Part shown: piece after piece, positions 44,854 through 54,300 of the stretch
Numbering within the stretch: the stretch's first letter is position 1
How the letters are laid out: every line of letters starts with the position of its first letter
IMG/VR virus record: IMGVR_UViG_3300044695_003767
Strand: one strand, 5' to 3'
DNA from: a virus
DNA: 64,000 nt
Position numbers and translations under genes: made by a program
The notes under the pieces: generated by a model
Database searches by the model: none
What the model was told of the DNA's origin: nothing
What the model saw: the letters and a program-made list of their open reading frames with translations, nothing else

Positions 44854-44982
44854 GGAAGTGGCACAAACCCCCTAGACCTGCCCCCCATCCCGTGCCATAC
44901 TATGTTCATCAGGGGGGAGGAAGGAGAACCCCCCAAGGGCAGAGGTGAGGACTGCCCATCCCATTTCAATCGCAATTGCCAA

Positions 44983-45300
44983 ATGCGTAAGATCGAACGT
45001 CTGATGAATGCTGCTATCACTGCAGGCAAAGATTTCAAAATGGCAAACACTGAGGTTGTTTCCTGCAGCAACGTTACCGATGTCTTTCTGCACGGTAATT
45101 TGATTGCCCGCATTGGTGAAACCTGGATTGAACTTTTCGATGGTGGGCATCAAACTGTCACCACCAAATCCCGTCTCAATGCTATTCTGCGTGAGCACGG
45201 TGTTGGTGATGAGAGTGTGTTTCAAAAGAACTTTCAATGGTTCTTTCACTCTAATCAATTCGGCACAATTCCGTTCTTCTCTGGTATGCGTCTGAACTGA
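44983..45300 (+). CDS. Conserved cyanophage hypothetical protein
   Basis: MRKIE..M..AI...V.LHGNLIA...TTKSRLNA...VFQK.F.W. Confidence 0.8.
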   Translation: MRKIERLMNAAITAGKDFKMANTEVVSCSNVTDVFLHGNLIARIGETWIELFDGGHQTVTTKSRLNAILREHGVGDESVFQKNFQWFFHSNQFGTIPFFSGMRLN

Positions 45301-45358
45301 ACATCTGTCCTGGTGATGACATTAAACTCACCGCAACTTTCATTCCTTTCTGTCACAA

Positions 45359-45499
45359 ATGATCCGATACGAAGTTCGTTATCAGACCCCATACAATCAG
45401 TGTGAATGGAGGTCGCAATGGTTTAAGACTTTGGATGAGGCAGAACGTATGGTTGAGTTCTATCGATCCTGCGGATCTCCTGCTCACCTGGCACCCTAA
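45359..45499 (+). CDS. Small hypothetical protein
   Basis: YQTPYN.CEWR.Q.F.T..EA.RMV.FYRSCGSPA. Confidence 0.65.
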   Translation: MIRYEVRYQTPYNQCEWRSQWFKTLDEAERMVEFYRSCGSPAHLAP

Positions 45500-45537
45500 A
45501 CTTTTCCCCCTTCGTTAACACTTACTTCGTTTCTAAA

Positions 45538-45675
45538 ATGACTTTCGAACTTGCAATCTCCCTGCTTCGTCAAGGTGACAATGGGGAGCAAATCCTGCAG
45601 ATTCTTGATACCATCGCAACTGATGATGAACAGGGAACTGTAACAGATCTGCAGGGCAATCCTGTTATCTGGTGA
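45538..45675 (+). CDS. Small hypothetical protein
   Basis: MT.ELA.SLLRQG.NG.QIL.ILD.I. Confidence 0.6.
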   Translation: MTFELAISLLRQGDNGEQILQILDTIATDDEQGTVTDLQGNPVIW

Positions 45676-45755
45676 CAGTTGATAAGGTGTCCACGATTCT
45701 CCCCGTGGGCACCTTTTTTGTGCAATACTAAAAGAGTCAAAGAAAGGCAACTCAA

Positions 45756-46016
45756 ATGTCCGTGATCAAAGCATTCTCCATTGACGGCAAGATGATCAAC
45801 AAGAGCACTGAAACTGGAAAGTGGTGGGTGTCTGAAATGGAGAATGATTGCTTCCGTGGTGCTATTGCTTCTCTCTACAACTTCGTGGTTGAGACTAATG
45901 CAGACTGTGACGCAGCATACGAATGGGTTTGTGATCAGTGCGGGATTGATACATTCGTTGCCGATACTTGGGCGTGGGATTGTTTCTATTCGGTGTTTGA
46001 TTCTGCCCGTGACTGA
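45756..46016 (+). CDS. Hypothetical protein
   Basis: After palindrome promoter 45672. Confidence 0.65.
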   Translation: MSVIKAFSIDGKMINKSTETGKWWVSEMENDCFRGAIASLYNFVVETNADCDAAYEWVCDQCGIDTFVADTWAWDCFYSVFDSARD

Positions 46017-46054
46017 ATTACACTGAACCGTTCGAACATTCTTCACTCAACATC

Positions 46055-46252
46055 ATGGCACTCTACAGTATTGCGTCTGATCTTAACACCCGTCAAACCG
46101 TATGGGTGAGCACCAATGTTGTTAAAGGTCGTCCGCAACTTAACTCTCACCGTGATGATTCGTTCGGTCGTTCACTCAATCGTGAGGGCATTGATGGTTA
46201 TCCTGCGTGGGAACTTGCGGGTCTCCATTGTGATTACGTAGGACGTGGTTAG
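46055..46252 (+). CDS. Hypothetical protein
   Basis: ORF track; last gene of the early block. Confidence 0.6.
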   Translation: MALYSIASDLNTRQTVWVSTNVVKGRPQLNSHRDDSFGRSLNREGIDGYPAWELAGLHCDYVGRG

Positions 46253-46274
46253 GTATATCATTCGTTCGTGACCT

Positions 46275-46328
46275 GGCAGTTGTTTTATATGCGCCCCCTT
46301 CGGGGGGTTGCCGCCGTGATATAAAAAC
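46275..46328 (+). other. GC-rich cUUCGg hairpin within a longer inverted repeat at the early/late boundary
   Basis: CCCCC-TTCG-GGGGG flanked by TTTTATAT/ATATAAAA. Confidence 0.55.
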
Positions 46329-46432
46329 CCCTACCTCCCATAAGCTATAAAGTCTTGCTTTTGCCATCTCTTTATAACACTCATATAAAAAAAAATTTCC
46401 CTATATAAAAAATAAAATAAAGATTCATATAG

Positions 46433-46603
46433 ATGAGAAAAAATTCCGGAGAAATTTTTCAACCCCTACAAGTCGATCCAATTTCTGGGGAGTATTATTT
46501 GATAATACCAGAACATATTATTAATGATTTAAGTTGGTACGAAGACACCGAGATTAGATTGGAATTATCTGCAAATGAAATCATTCTCTCAGAAAGAAAG
46601 TAA
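46433..46603 (+). CDS. AbrB/MazE-like small protein
   Basis: VDP.SGEYYLIIPE.IINDL.WYEDTEI....NEIIL. Confidence 0.6.
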   Translation: MRKNSGEIFQPLQVDPISGEYYLIIPEHIINDLSWYEDTEIRLELSANEIILSERK

Positions 46604-46632
46604 TTGACATTGCATAGATAATACTGTATGAT
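46604..46632 (+). promoter_or_regulatory. Sigma70-type promoter
   Basis: TTGACA-17-TATGAT. Confidence 0.7.
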
Positions 46633-46654
46633 ATGAAAGTAATTACACTCAATT

Positions 46655-47413
46655 ATGGCTAAAGGATTTACTGTAAAAGCAAAGGCCCCTGTAGCTGGAG
46701 GGTCTGTAGAAGAATGGGACTATGACAAAGCCCGTGAATTAATTCGGGGCAAGACTATTGTATTCTGCCTACCAGGAAGAGGAGTATCATATACTTACCT
46801 CAAAAACTTTGTACAACTCTGTTTTGACCTTGTGCAATCGGGTGCTAGCATTCAGATCTCGCAAGATTATTCATCGATGGTAAACTTTGCAAGATGCAAA
46901 TGTTTAGGTGCGAATGTACTGCGTGGACCTGATCAGATTCCCTGGGATGGCAAACTCCATTATGATTGGCAACTTTGGATTGATTCTGATATTGTTTTCA
47001 ATACGGAAAAGTTTTTCCAACTTGTTTTGATGGAAAAAGACATTGCCGCTGGTTGGTACTGCACCGAAGATGGAATGACAACTTCTGTTGCACACTGGCT
47101 TGATGAAGATGATTTCCGTAACAATGGTGGAGTCATGAACCACGAAACACTTGAAACCATCTCAAAACGTCGTAAACCATTTACTGTTGACTACACTGGT
47201 TTTGGATGGCTTCTGATTAAGAATGGAGTCTTTGAACACTCGGAAATGAAGTATCCTTGGTTTGCACCAAAGATGCAAGTTTTTGAGTCTGGTCAAGTAC
47301 AAGATATGTGTGGAGAAGACGTATCATTCTGTTTGGATGCTAAAGATGCTGGATTTGATATCTGGTGCGATCCTCGTATTAGAGTCGGTCACGAAAAAAC
47401 AAGGGTTATCTGA
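46655..47413 (+). CDS. GT-A fold glycosyltransferase-like protein (conserved in cyanophages)
   Basis: WIDSD (DxD), GFG..LIK.GVFE, GEDVSFC, VGH.K. Confidence 0.75.
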   Translation: MAKGFTVKAKAPVAGGSVEEWDYDKARELIRGKTIVFCLPGRGVSYTYLKNFVQLCFDLVQSGASIQISQDYSSMVNFARCKCLGANVLRGPDQIPWDGKLHYDWQLWIDSDIVFNTEKFFQLVLMEKDIAAGWYCTEDGMTTSVAHWLDEDDFRNNGGVMNHETLETISKRRKPFTVDYTGFGWLLIKNGVFEHSEMKYPWFAPKMQVFESGQVQDMCGEDVSFCLDAKDAGFDIWCDPRIRVGHEKTRVI

Positions 47414-47418
47414 TTAGT

Positions 47419-47610
47419 ATGTCTAACGATCGCTATAATATTCTCTGTAAAGGACGACGAATTTACTCTAGTCTGACAGAAGAAGAATATTTCGATATAA
47501 TGGAGGACCTGTCAATTGAATTTTATCAGACAGGTTCTCCACTTCCTGAAGATCTTGAAACTGAAATTTTAAAAGGAGATACAGTATGGCCAAATCCAAA
47601 GTCGGTTTAA
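47419..47610 (+). CDS. Conserved cyanophage hypothetical protein
   Basis: L.EEEYFD.MEDL..EFYQTG.P. Confidence 0.7.
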   Translation: MSNDRYNILCKGRRIYSSLTEEEYFDIMEDLSIEFYQTGSPLPEDLETEILKGDTVWPNPKSV

Positions 47611-47732
47611 ATAAGAGTTCTTATATTGCAGGTCCCCCCAAGAAATCAATGCAAGGTGCTGGTAAGGGGACCAAATATGCAGCAACGTCTCGTAATAAAG
47701 CAAGAAAAGCTTATAGAGGTCAAGGAAAATAA
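47586..47732 (+). CDS. Small basic protein ending YRGQGK
   Basis: MAKSKVG...PKK..QG.G..TKY.ATSRN..RK.YRGQGK; RBS AGGAG. Confidence 0.7.
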   Translation: MAKSKVGLNKSSYIAGPPKKSMQGAGKGTKYAATSRNKARKAYRGQGK

Positions 47733-47752
47733 ATAGGTAAAAACTAAAAAAT

Positions 47753-48343
47753 ATGTATTACTTAGAGGGTAATGATGAGTGGAATAAAATTCATCCATTA
47801 GACCTCTGGACATACAATAAATTATTTTTAAGTCGGATGTTGGGTTATAATTGTGGTCCTATAGGAACCACAGTTCCCAAATCCGACTTTTATATTGTCA
47901 GGCCATCATTCAATTTGCTCGGAATGGGCCGCTTTGCTCGTAAAGAATGGATTGAGAATGAAACTGATCACTTTCATCCTGGGGAATTCTGGTGTGAAAT
48001 TTTCGAGGGTGATCACTTAAGTGTCGATTACTATAAAAAACAGTCAGATTTAGTCGTTCTTGGCACAAGAGATCCATTAGATCCTTACTATAAGTGGAAA
48101 AAATGGGAAAAAATTGATCGTAAAGTAGAATTTCCAGAAATTTTAAAAGATTTAAACGGAGATTATGATTGGATTAACTGTGAATTTATTGGTGATAAAC
48201 TTATAGAAGTACATTTTCGCAGAAACCCAGACTTTAGACACGGAAATTCAATTGCTATACCAGTTTGGGAAGAAAAAAACATAGAAAATATGAAATTTAT
48301 TAATGATAGTGAGTATTTTCGCAAAGGTTTTTATATTGAATAA
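47753..48343 (+). CDS. ATP-grasp-like hypothetical protein
   Basis: YIVRP..N..GMG..A...FWCE.FEG.H.SVD...IN.EFIG.KLIEVH.R. Confidence 0.45.
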   Translation: MYYLEGNDEWNKIHPLDLWTYNKLFLSRMLGYNCGPIGTTVPKSDFYIVRPSFNLLGMGRFARKEWIENETDHFHPGEFWCEIFEGDHLSVDYYKKQSDLVVLGTRDPLDPYYKWKKWEKIDRKVEFPEILKDLNGDYDWINCEFIGDKLIEVHFRRNPDFRHGNSIAIPVWEEKNIENMKFINDSEYFRKGFYIE

Positions 48344-48381
48344 ATAAGTTTTTTAAATCCGGTGAATTGAAAAAGTTTCCG

Positions 48382-48708
48382 ATGGGCAAACACCTACTTT
48401 TAGAGGTGTATAATGTAAACTATGATCTTATCAATGACGTAAATTCTCTACAAGACGTTATGATAAGAGGCATTAACCGTGCCAAAATGACAATTCTGAA
48501 TACTTTCTCACATTGCTTTCTTCCACAAGGTTGTACGGTCGTTATTGCCCTTGCAGAAAGTCATGTTTCTTGTCACACTTGGCCAGAAAACGGTTGTCTT
48601 GCAGTTGATGTATATACTTGTGGTGAAGGAAATCCTCGTTTAATAGCCTTAGAAATTCTCAAATACCTTGATTCAGAATCATACTCTTTACGAGAAGTAG
48701 ACCGTTAA
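48382..48708 (+). CDS. speD: S-adenosylmethionine decarboxylase proenzyme (pyruvoyl, class 1B)
   Basis: GKHLL...F.PQG.T....LAESH.S.HTWPE.G..AVD.YTCG; start may be TTG 48367. Confidence 0.9.
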   Translation: MGKHLLLEVYNVNYDLINDVNSLQDVMIRGINRAKMTILNTFSHCFLPQGCTVVIALAESHVSCHTWPENGCLAVDVYTCGEGNPRLIALEILKYLDSESYSLREVDR

Positions 48709-48775
48709 ATAGAAGTAAGGAGATAGCAACCTCCTTTATAAAAGTTCTGTTTTATTCATTAAAACAGGAGCTAAA

Positions 48776-49018
48776 ATGTCTAATTTACCAGTCGATAGAG
48801 ACCCCAATTATATGAAGGATATGTGGGGAACTTCTAAATTAATTACAGATTATGGTTCTACAGAACAAAAGAGAATAATACAAGAAGTAATGCACGATAC
48901 TGCACCACGACACGATTTAAAAAAACAAGTTGAACTTCACGAAAAAATTCGTAATGATGAAGATTATGATGATTGGGAATATGGAACTGAACCAACGTAT
49001 GGTTCTCCCTGGCACTGA
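48776..49018 (+). CDS. Conserved cyanophage hypothetical protein
   Basis: VDRD..YM..MWGT.KL.TDY; RBS AGGAG. Confidence 0.7.
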   Translation: MSNLPVDRDPNYMKDMWGTSKLITDYGSTEQKRIIQEVMHDTAPRHDLKKQVELHEKIRNDEDYDDWEYGTEPTYGSPWH

Positions 49019-49019
49019 A

Positions 49020-49027
49020 TATAAATA
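49020..49027 (+). promoter_or_regulatory. T4-type late promoter
   Basis: TATAAATA upstream of gp25. Confidence 0.75.
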
Positions 49028-49049
49028 AAGCAAAGAAAACTTTTGGTCA

Positions 49050-49451
49050 ATGGCATCAAAAAGAATATCTAGATCTTTTAAGGATATTAGTTTATCATTT
49101 GAACCTCATCCAATAACAAAAGATTTGCAAGTTTTAAAGAATGAAAATGCTATTCGCAGATCTGTGAGAAATATTGTTGAAACAATTCCTACTGAAAAAT
49201 TTTTTAATTCTTTATTTGGTTCCGAAGTAAGATCTAGTTTATTTGATTTTGTCGATTTTGGTACTGCTTCGGTTATACAAAGTCAAATTGAAACCGCAAT
49301 ATTAAACTTTGAACCGAGAGTTGAAATTGTAAATATAAATGTTGAACCAAATTCAGATCAAAATTCATTTTATGTTACAATTGTTTTTAACATCATTGGT
49401 CAAGAGTTTCCAACACAAGAATATTCGTTTCTATTAGAGGCAACAAGATAA
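49050..49451 (+). CDS. gp25: Baseplate wedge subunit gp25
   Basis: FKDISLSF.PHP.T.DL..LKNE.AI.RSV.N...E.FF...FGS...EPRV. Confidence 0.92.
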   Translation: MASKRISRSFKDISLSFEPHPITKDLQVLKNENAIRRSVRNIVETIPTEKFFNSLFGSEVRSSLFDFVDFGTASVIQSQIETAILNFEPRVEIVNINVEPNSDQNSFYVTIVFNIIGQEFPTQEYSFLLEATR

Positions 49452-49452
49452 A

Positions 49453-51384
49453 ATGCCTTTCACTAAATTTGCTAATTTAGATTTCGATCAAATAAAAGAA
49501 TCTATCAAAGATTATATCCGTGAAAATTCAGATTTCACGGACTTTGATTTTGAAGGTTCTAACTTTTCAATTTTGATTGATACTCTTGCATATAACACTT
49601 ATATTAATGCGTTTAATTCTAATATGATTGTTAATGAGTCTTTTTTAGACTCTGCAACATTACGTGAAAATGTTGTTTCTTTGGCAAGAAATATTGGATA
49701 TATTCCTCAGTCAAGAACAGCATCTAAGGCACAAATATCTTTTAATATTTCTGGATTACTTGATGGAAGTGGAAAACAAACGACAAAAACACTAACACTA
49801 AGGGCAGGATTAGTTTGTACAGGTGATGCCAAAAACACCTCATATGTTTTTTCAATTCCTGAAAATATCACAGTCAACGTAAGTTCAACTGGAGTAGCAA
49901 GTTTTAATAATATAACAGCTTATCAAGGAACTTTTTTAACAAGTAAATTTAGATATGATGGTTCTTTAGATCAAAGATTTATTCTTGATAATTCATTTAT
50001 TGACACTTCTACTGTTAGAGTTTATGTTAAAAAACAATCAAATGCCGAAGAACTGGGTTTTGAATATACTCAGGTAGAAAATATTTTAAATTTAAATTCT
50101 AATTCTAGAATTTATTTAATTCAGGAAGTTCAAGACGAAAAATATGAAATATTTTTTGGGGATGGATTAGTTGGTAAAAAACTTGGGACAAATTCAAATC
50201 AAGATGGAGACATAATTACCATAAATTACATTGTTACTGATGGAAAAGACGGTAATGGTGTGTCTAGATTTTTATTCTCTGGATCCTTGCAGGATGACAA
50301 TGATGATCAATTAATATTGAATACACCAGTTTCAGTAACAACAAATCAAGTTTCTCAAAATGGTGCAGATATTGAAAAAATTGATTCTATTAAATACTTT
50401 GCACCAAGAATATATTCTTCACAAAATAGAGCAGTAACTGCTAATGATTATGAATCTATAATTAAAAGAGTTTATCCAGATACTGAATCAGTTTCTATAG
50501 TTGGTGGAGAAGAATTAGATCCTCCAGAATACGGAAATGTTGTAATCAGTATTAAACCAAAAAATGGAACATTCGTTTCTCAATTTAACAAGAAGCAAAT
50601 CCTAGATAATTTAAGAAAATATAGTGTTTCTGGGATTAATCAGAGAATAGTAGATCTTAAGGTTTTATATGTAGAAATTGATACTTCAATTTATTATGAT
50701 TACTCAAAGGTTTCTTCATCTGATATTTTAAAAACTAAAGTTATCAATTCTCTTACAAAATATTCTGAGTCTTTAGATTTAAATAAATTTGGTGGTAGAT
50801 TCAAATATAGTAAAGTTTTACAAATTATCGACAATACAGATTTTTCGATTACTTCCAATATTACTAAAGTTAGAATGAGGAGAGATCTACAAGCACTCGT
50901 TAATCAATATGCACAATATGAACTTTGTTTTGGTAATAAGTTTCATATCAGTAAAAAAGGATATAATATTAAATCCACGGGATTTAATATATTTGGTGAA
51001 AATGATGTTGTCTATTTAACAGATATTCCAAATGAAGATGGAAAAACTGGATTTTTATCTATAGTAAAACCAATTAGTGATGAAGAAACAAGGGTTGTTT
51101 TGAAATCTGCTGGAACTATCGATTATGAAAAGGGTGAGATTTTACTCAATACTATAAACATTACATCTACAGTATTAGATAATAATATTATTGAGGTTCA
51201 AGCTGTTCCAGAATCAAATGATGTTCTTGGATTAAAAGAATTGTATTTGGATTTTAGTATTTCTAAAAGTGAAATAAATATGGTAAAGGATGTAATATCT
51301 TCTGGTGAAGAAGTTTCTGGATCAGAGTTTTCTAAAAATTATTTCACATCTAGTTATTTAAACGGAAATCTTATAAGAAAGTAA
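49453..51384 (+). CDS. gp6: Baseplate wedge subunit gp6
   Basis: LDFDQIK...FTDFDFEGS...LAYNT...ESFLDSATLRENVVSLAR.IGY.P.S...QNRAVT..DY. Confidence 0.93.
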   Translation: MPFTKFANLDFDQIKESIKDYIRENSDFTDFDFEGSNFSILIDTLAYNTYINAFNSNMIVNESFLDSATLRENVVSLARNIGYIPQSRTASKAQISFNISGLLDGSGKQTTKTLTLRAGLVCTGDAKNTSYVFSIPENITVNVSSTGVASFNNITAYQGTFLTSKFRYDGSLDQRFILDNSFIDTSTVRVYVKKQSNAEELGFEYTQVENILNLNSNSRIYLIQEVQDEKYEIFFGDGLVGKKLGTNSNQDGDIITINYIVTDGKDGNGVSRFLFSGSLQDDNDDQLILNTPVSVTTNQVSQNGADIEKIDSIKYFAPRIYSSQNRAVTANDYESIIKRVYPDTESVSIVGGEELDPPEYGNVVISIKPKNGTFVSQFNKKQILDNLRKYSVSGINQRIVDLKVLYVEIDTSIYYDYSKVSSSDILKTKVINSLTKYSESLDLNKFGGRFKYSKVLQIIDNTDFSITSNITKVRMRRDLQALVNQYAQYELCFGNKFHISKKGYNIKSTGFNIFGENDVVYLTDIPNEDGKTGFLSIVKPISDEETRVVLKSAGTIDYEKGEILLNTINITSTVLDNNIIEVQAVPESNDVLGLKELYLDFSISKSEINMVKDVISSGEEVSGSEFSKNYFTSSYLNGNLIRK

Positions 51385-51385
51385 T

Positions 51386-54300
51386 ATGATACAAACGGGA
51401 TTTGATTCAAGAGTTAAAATTACTGATGTTATTGACAACCAGCTTCCAAGTTTTGTTTTGGATGAAAATCCAAAACTATCTGATTTTTTAAAGCAATATT
51501 ATATTTCTCAAGAATATCAAGGTGGACCTGTTGATATATCTGAGAATTTAGATCAGTATTTAAAAATTAATAATATTATATCTGAATCAATTTCTGATAG
51601 AGAAGTATACTTAACATCGAATATAGGAACTGATAATAAAATTACAATTAGTGTAAATACAACAAAAGGATTTCCAGAAAAATATGGATTGTTAAAAATA
51701 AATGATGAAATTATTACCTATACTGGAATAACTACAAATTCATTCTTAAATTGTCAAAGGGGATTCAGTGGAATAACTGGATATCATCAAGATTTAAATG
51801 AAGAAGAACTAGTTTTTGAAAAAACTAATGTTCAATCACATCAAGAATTTTCTTCAGTTAAAAATTTAAGTTCCTTATTCCTAAAAGAATTTTATAAAAA
51901 AATAAAATATACTTTTGCTCCAGGATTTGAAGAACTTGATTTTGATCCAAGATTAAATGCAGGTAATTTTATCAAATCTATTCGTTCTTTTTATCAATCT
52001 AAAGGAACAGATGAGTCTTTTAAAATATTATTTAAAGTTTTATATAATGTAGAAGCAACGGTTGTAAATTTAGAAAACTTTTTGATTAAACCATCTTCTG
52101 CAGAATATGTTAGAAGAGAAGTTATTTTAGTTGATCCAATCTCTGGAGAACCAAATAACTTAGTTGGTCAGGAAATAAAAAAGGAAAATGATTTAACAAC
52201 TTTTGCATCTGTATCTGAAGTTGAAATTATTACAAGAAATTTTAAAACATATTATAAATTATCCCTTTTTGTTGGATACGATGAATCATCAACTATTCAA
52301 GGAAAATTTATTGTTACACCTAAATCTAAGTGTATTGAAACAATTGCAGTAGGTTCTTCCACAATTTCAGTAGATTCGACCATCGGATTTCCAGAATCTG
52401 GAACTTTAATTTCTGGAAATAATGAAAGTATCACATATTCTAGTAAATCCATTAATCAATTTTTTGGTTGTGCTGGAATTATTGATGAAATTTCGTATGG
52501 ATCAGATATACGTAGTGATGATGTTTATTTTGGATATGAAAATGGAGATGTTTCTAAAAAAGTTAGATTTAGTATACTAGGTTCTTTATCTAAATTTGAA
52601 CAAATCTCAGACGTTTTAAACGGTGTTGCAGAAGGTGACGATATTAATATTAAGAGTCTTGGAAGTCCCATTGATAGAACTAGATTTTCAAATAAAACAT
52701 TTAAAGAAATTTTTGCAAATTCTTGGATATACAATTCAAACTCAAGATTTTATATAGAAAATTTTAATGGACCAAAAACATTAAACTTAAAATCACCAAT
52801 TTTAAAAGATGATCTAACAAGTTTTAAACATGGTGACGCAGTAGAAATTGTTGAAAGAGGAACTAATAATGTTGTTTTCACTTCACACATTGAGGAAAGA
52901 ATAGGAGATAATTCAAAATCAATTAAATTATTGGGTTCTTTTACTCCTGTTGGTAATACAGAATATGATTTAAGACGTAAAGTTAATAAAGCAAGCAGCC
53001 TATATGCGACAATTAAAGGTGGAAATGATAATATTATATCTGATGTAAGTAATTTATATACAAATACTGATAATGCATATGTAGCATCAAATTCACTTCC
53101 ATCAAGTAATAGAGGACTGTCAATTCCATATAATTATCAGATAACCAAAAAACTAGATAGTTTCAATATTACTAATACTAGTGGAACATTAGAAAATCAA
53201 ATAGACATAGACTATAGCGTCATTTCTTTTGAAAATTCAACTTCATTTATTACAGGAGATAAAATATTTTATCAACCAGAATCAGATAATCTTGTAGGAC
53301 TTGATACTGGATATTATTACGTTCAAATTGTATCTGCCGATAATAAAAAAATAAAGTTATACTCATCACCATCTTTTATAGGAAGTTCAAGTTATTTAAC
53401 TTTTAGATCACCATATATTTCTGGAATAGGAACACACAGATTTACTCTTGCAACACAAAAGTCTGCAATTATTGGAGCACAAAAATTATTAAAAAAATTC
53501 CCACTTTCAAAAGATAGAAATACTCAAACAAATTTAAGTTCTAGTAAAGAAATTTTACCAGGACCTATTGGTTTGCTAATCAATGGTGTAGAAATAGATA
53601 GTTATAAATCAACGGATAAAATTTATTACGGACCTTTAAAATCAGTTGATGTTTTAAATGGTGGCAATAATTACGATGTTATAAATTTACCAAAAATTGT
53701 AGTTTCTGCTGGATTTGGTCAGACTGCTTTAATACAACCTGTTATTAGTGGTTCTCTCAATAAAATATATGTAGAAAACCAAGAATTTGATATTGAAAAA
53801 ATACTATCAATTGGAGTTAATGGTGGAAATGGTAAAGGTGCTGTTTTAGAACCCACTTTAAACTTAAGGGTAAGAGAAGTTCTTTTTGATGGTAGGGCAA
53901 CAACAATTGGTGGTGGTATCAATACTACAACAGGACAATTGACATTTGATGCTGATCATTATTTTAATGATGGTGAAGAAATCTTTTACAATGCTAATGG
54001 AAATAATGGTATAGGTGTTGGTATTGGAACATCAACATTGATTGATAAAGCATCATATTATCCAAAAAGCACAAGCCCACGTACAGTTTTATTATATCCA
54101 TCTTTTAATGACTACTCTACGGGTATTAATACAATAAGATTTAATACTGACAATAATTTTGGTGTACATAAATTTTATACAAAATCAGATAAAAAAACTT
54201 TAACAGATATCAAGGTAATTAATGGTGGAGAAGGATATACTAATAGAAAATTAATTGTTAAACCATCTGGAATATCTACTACTACACATACTATAAATTT

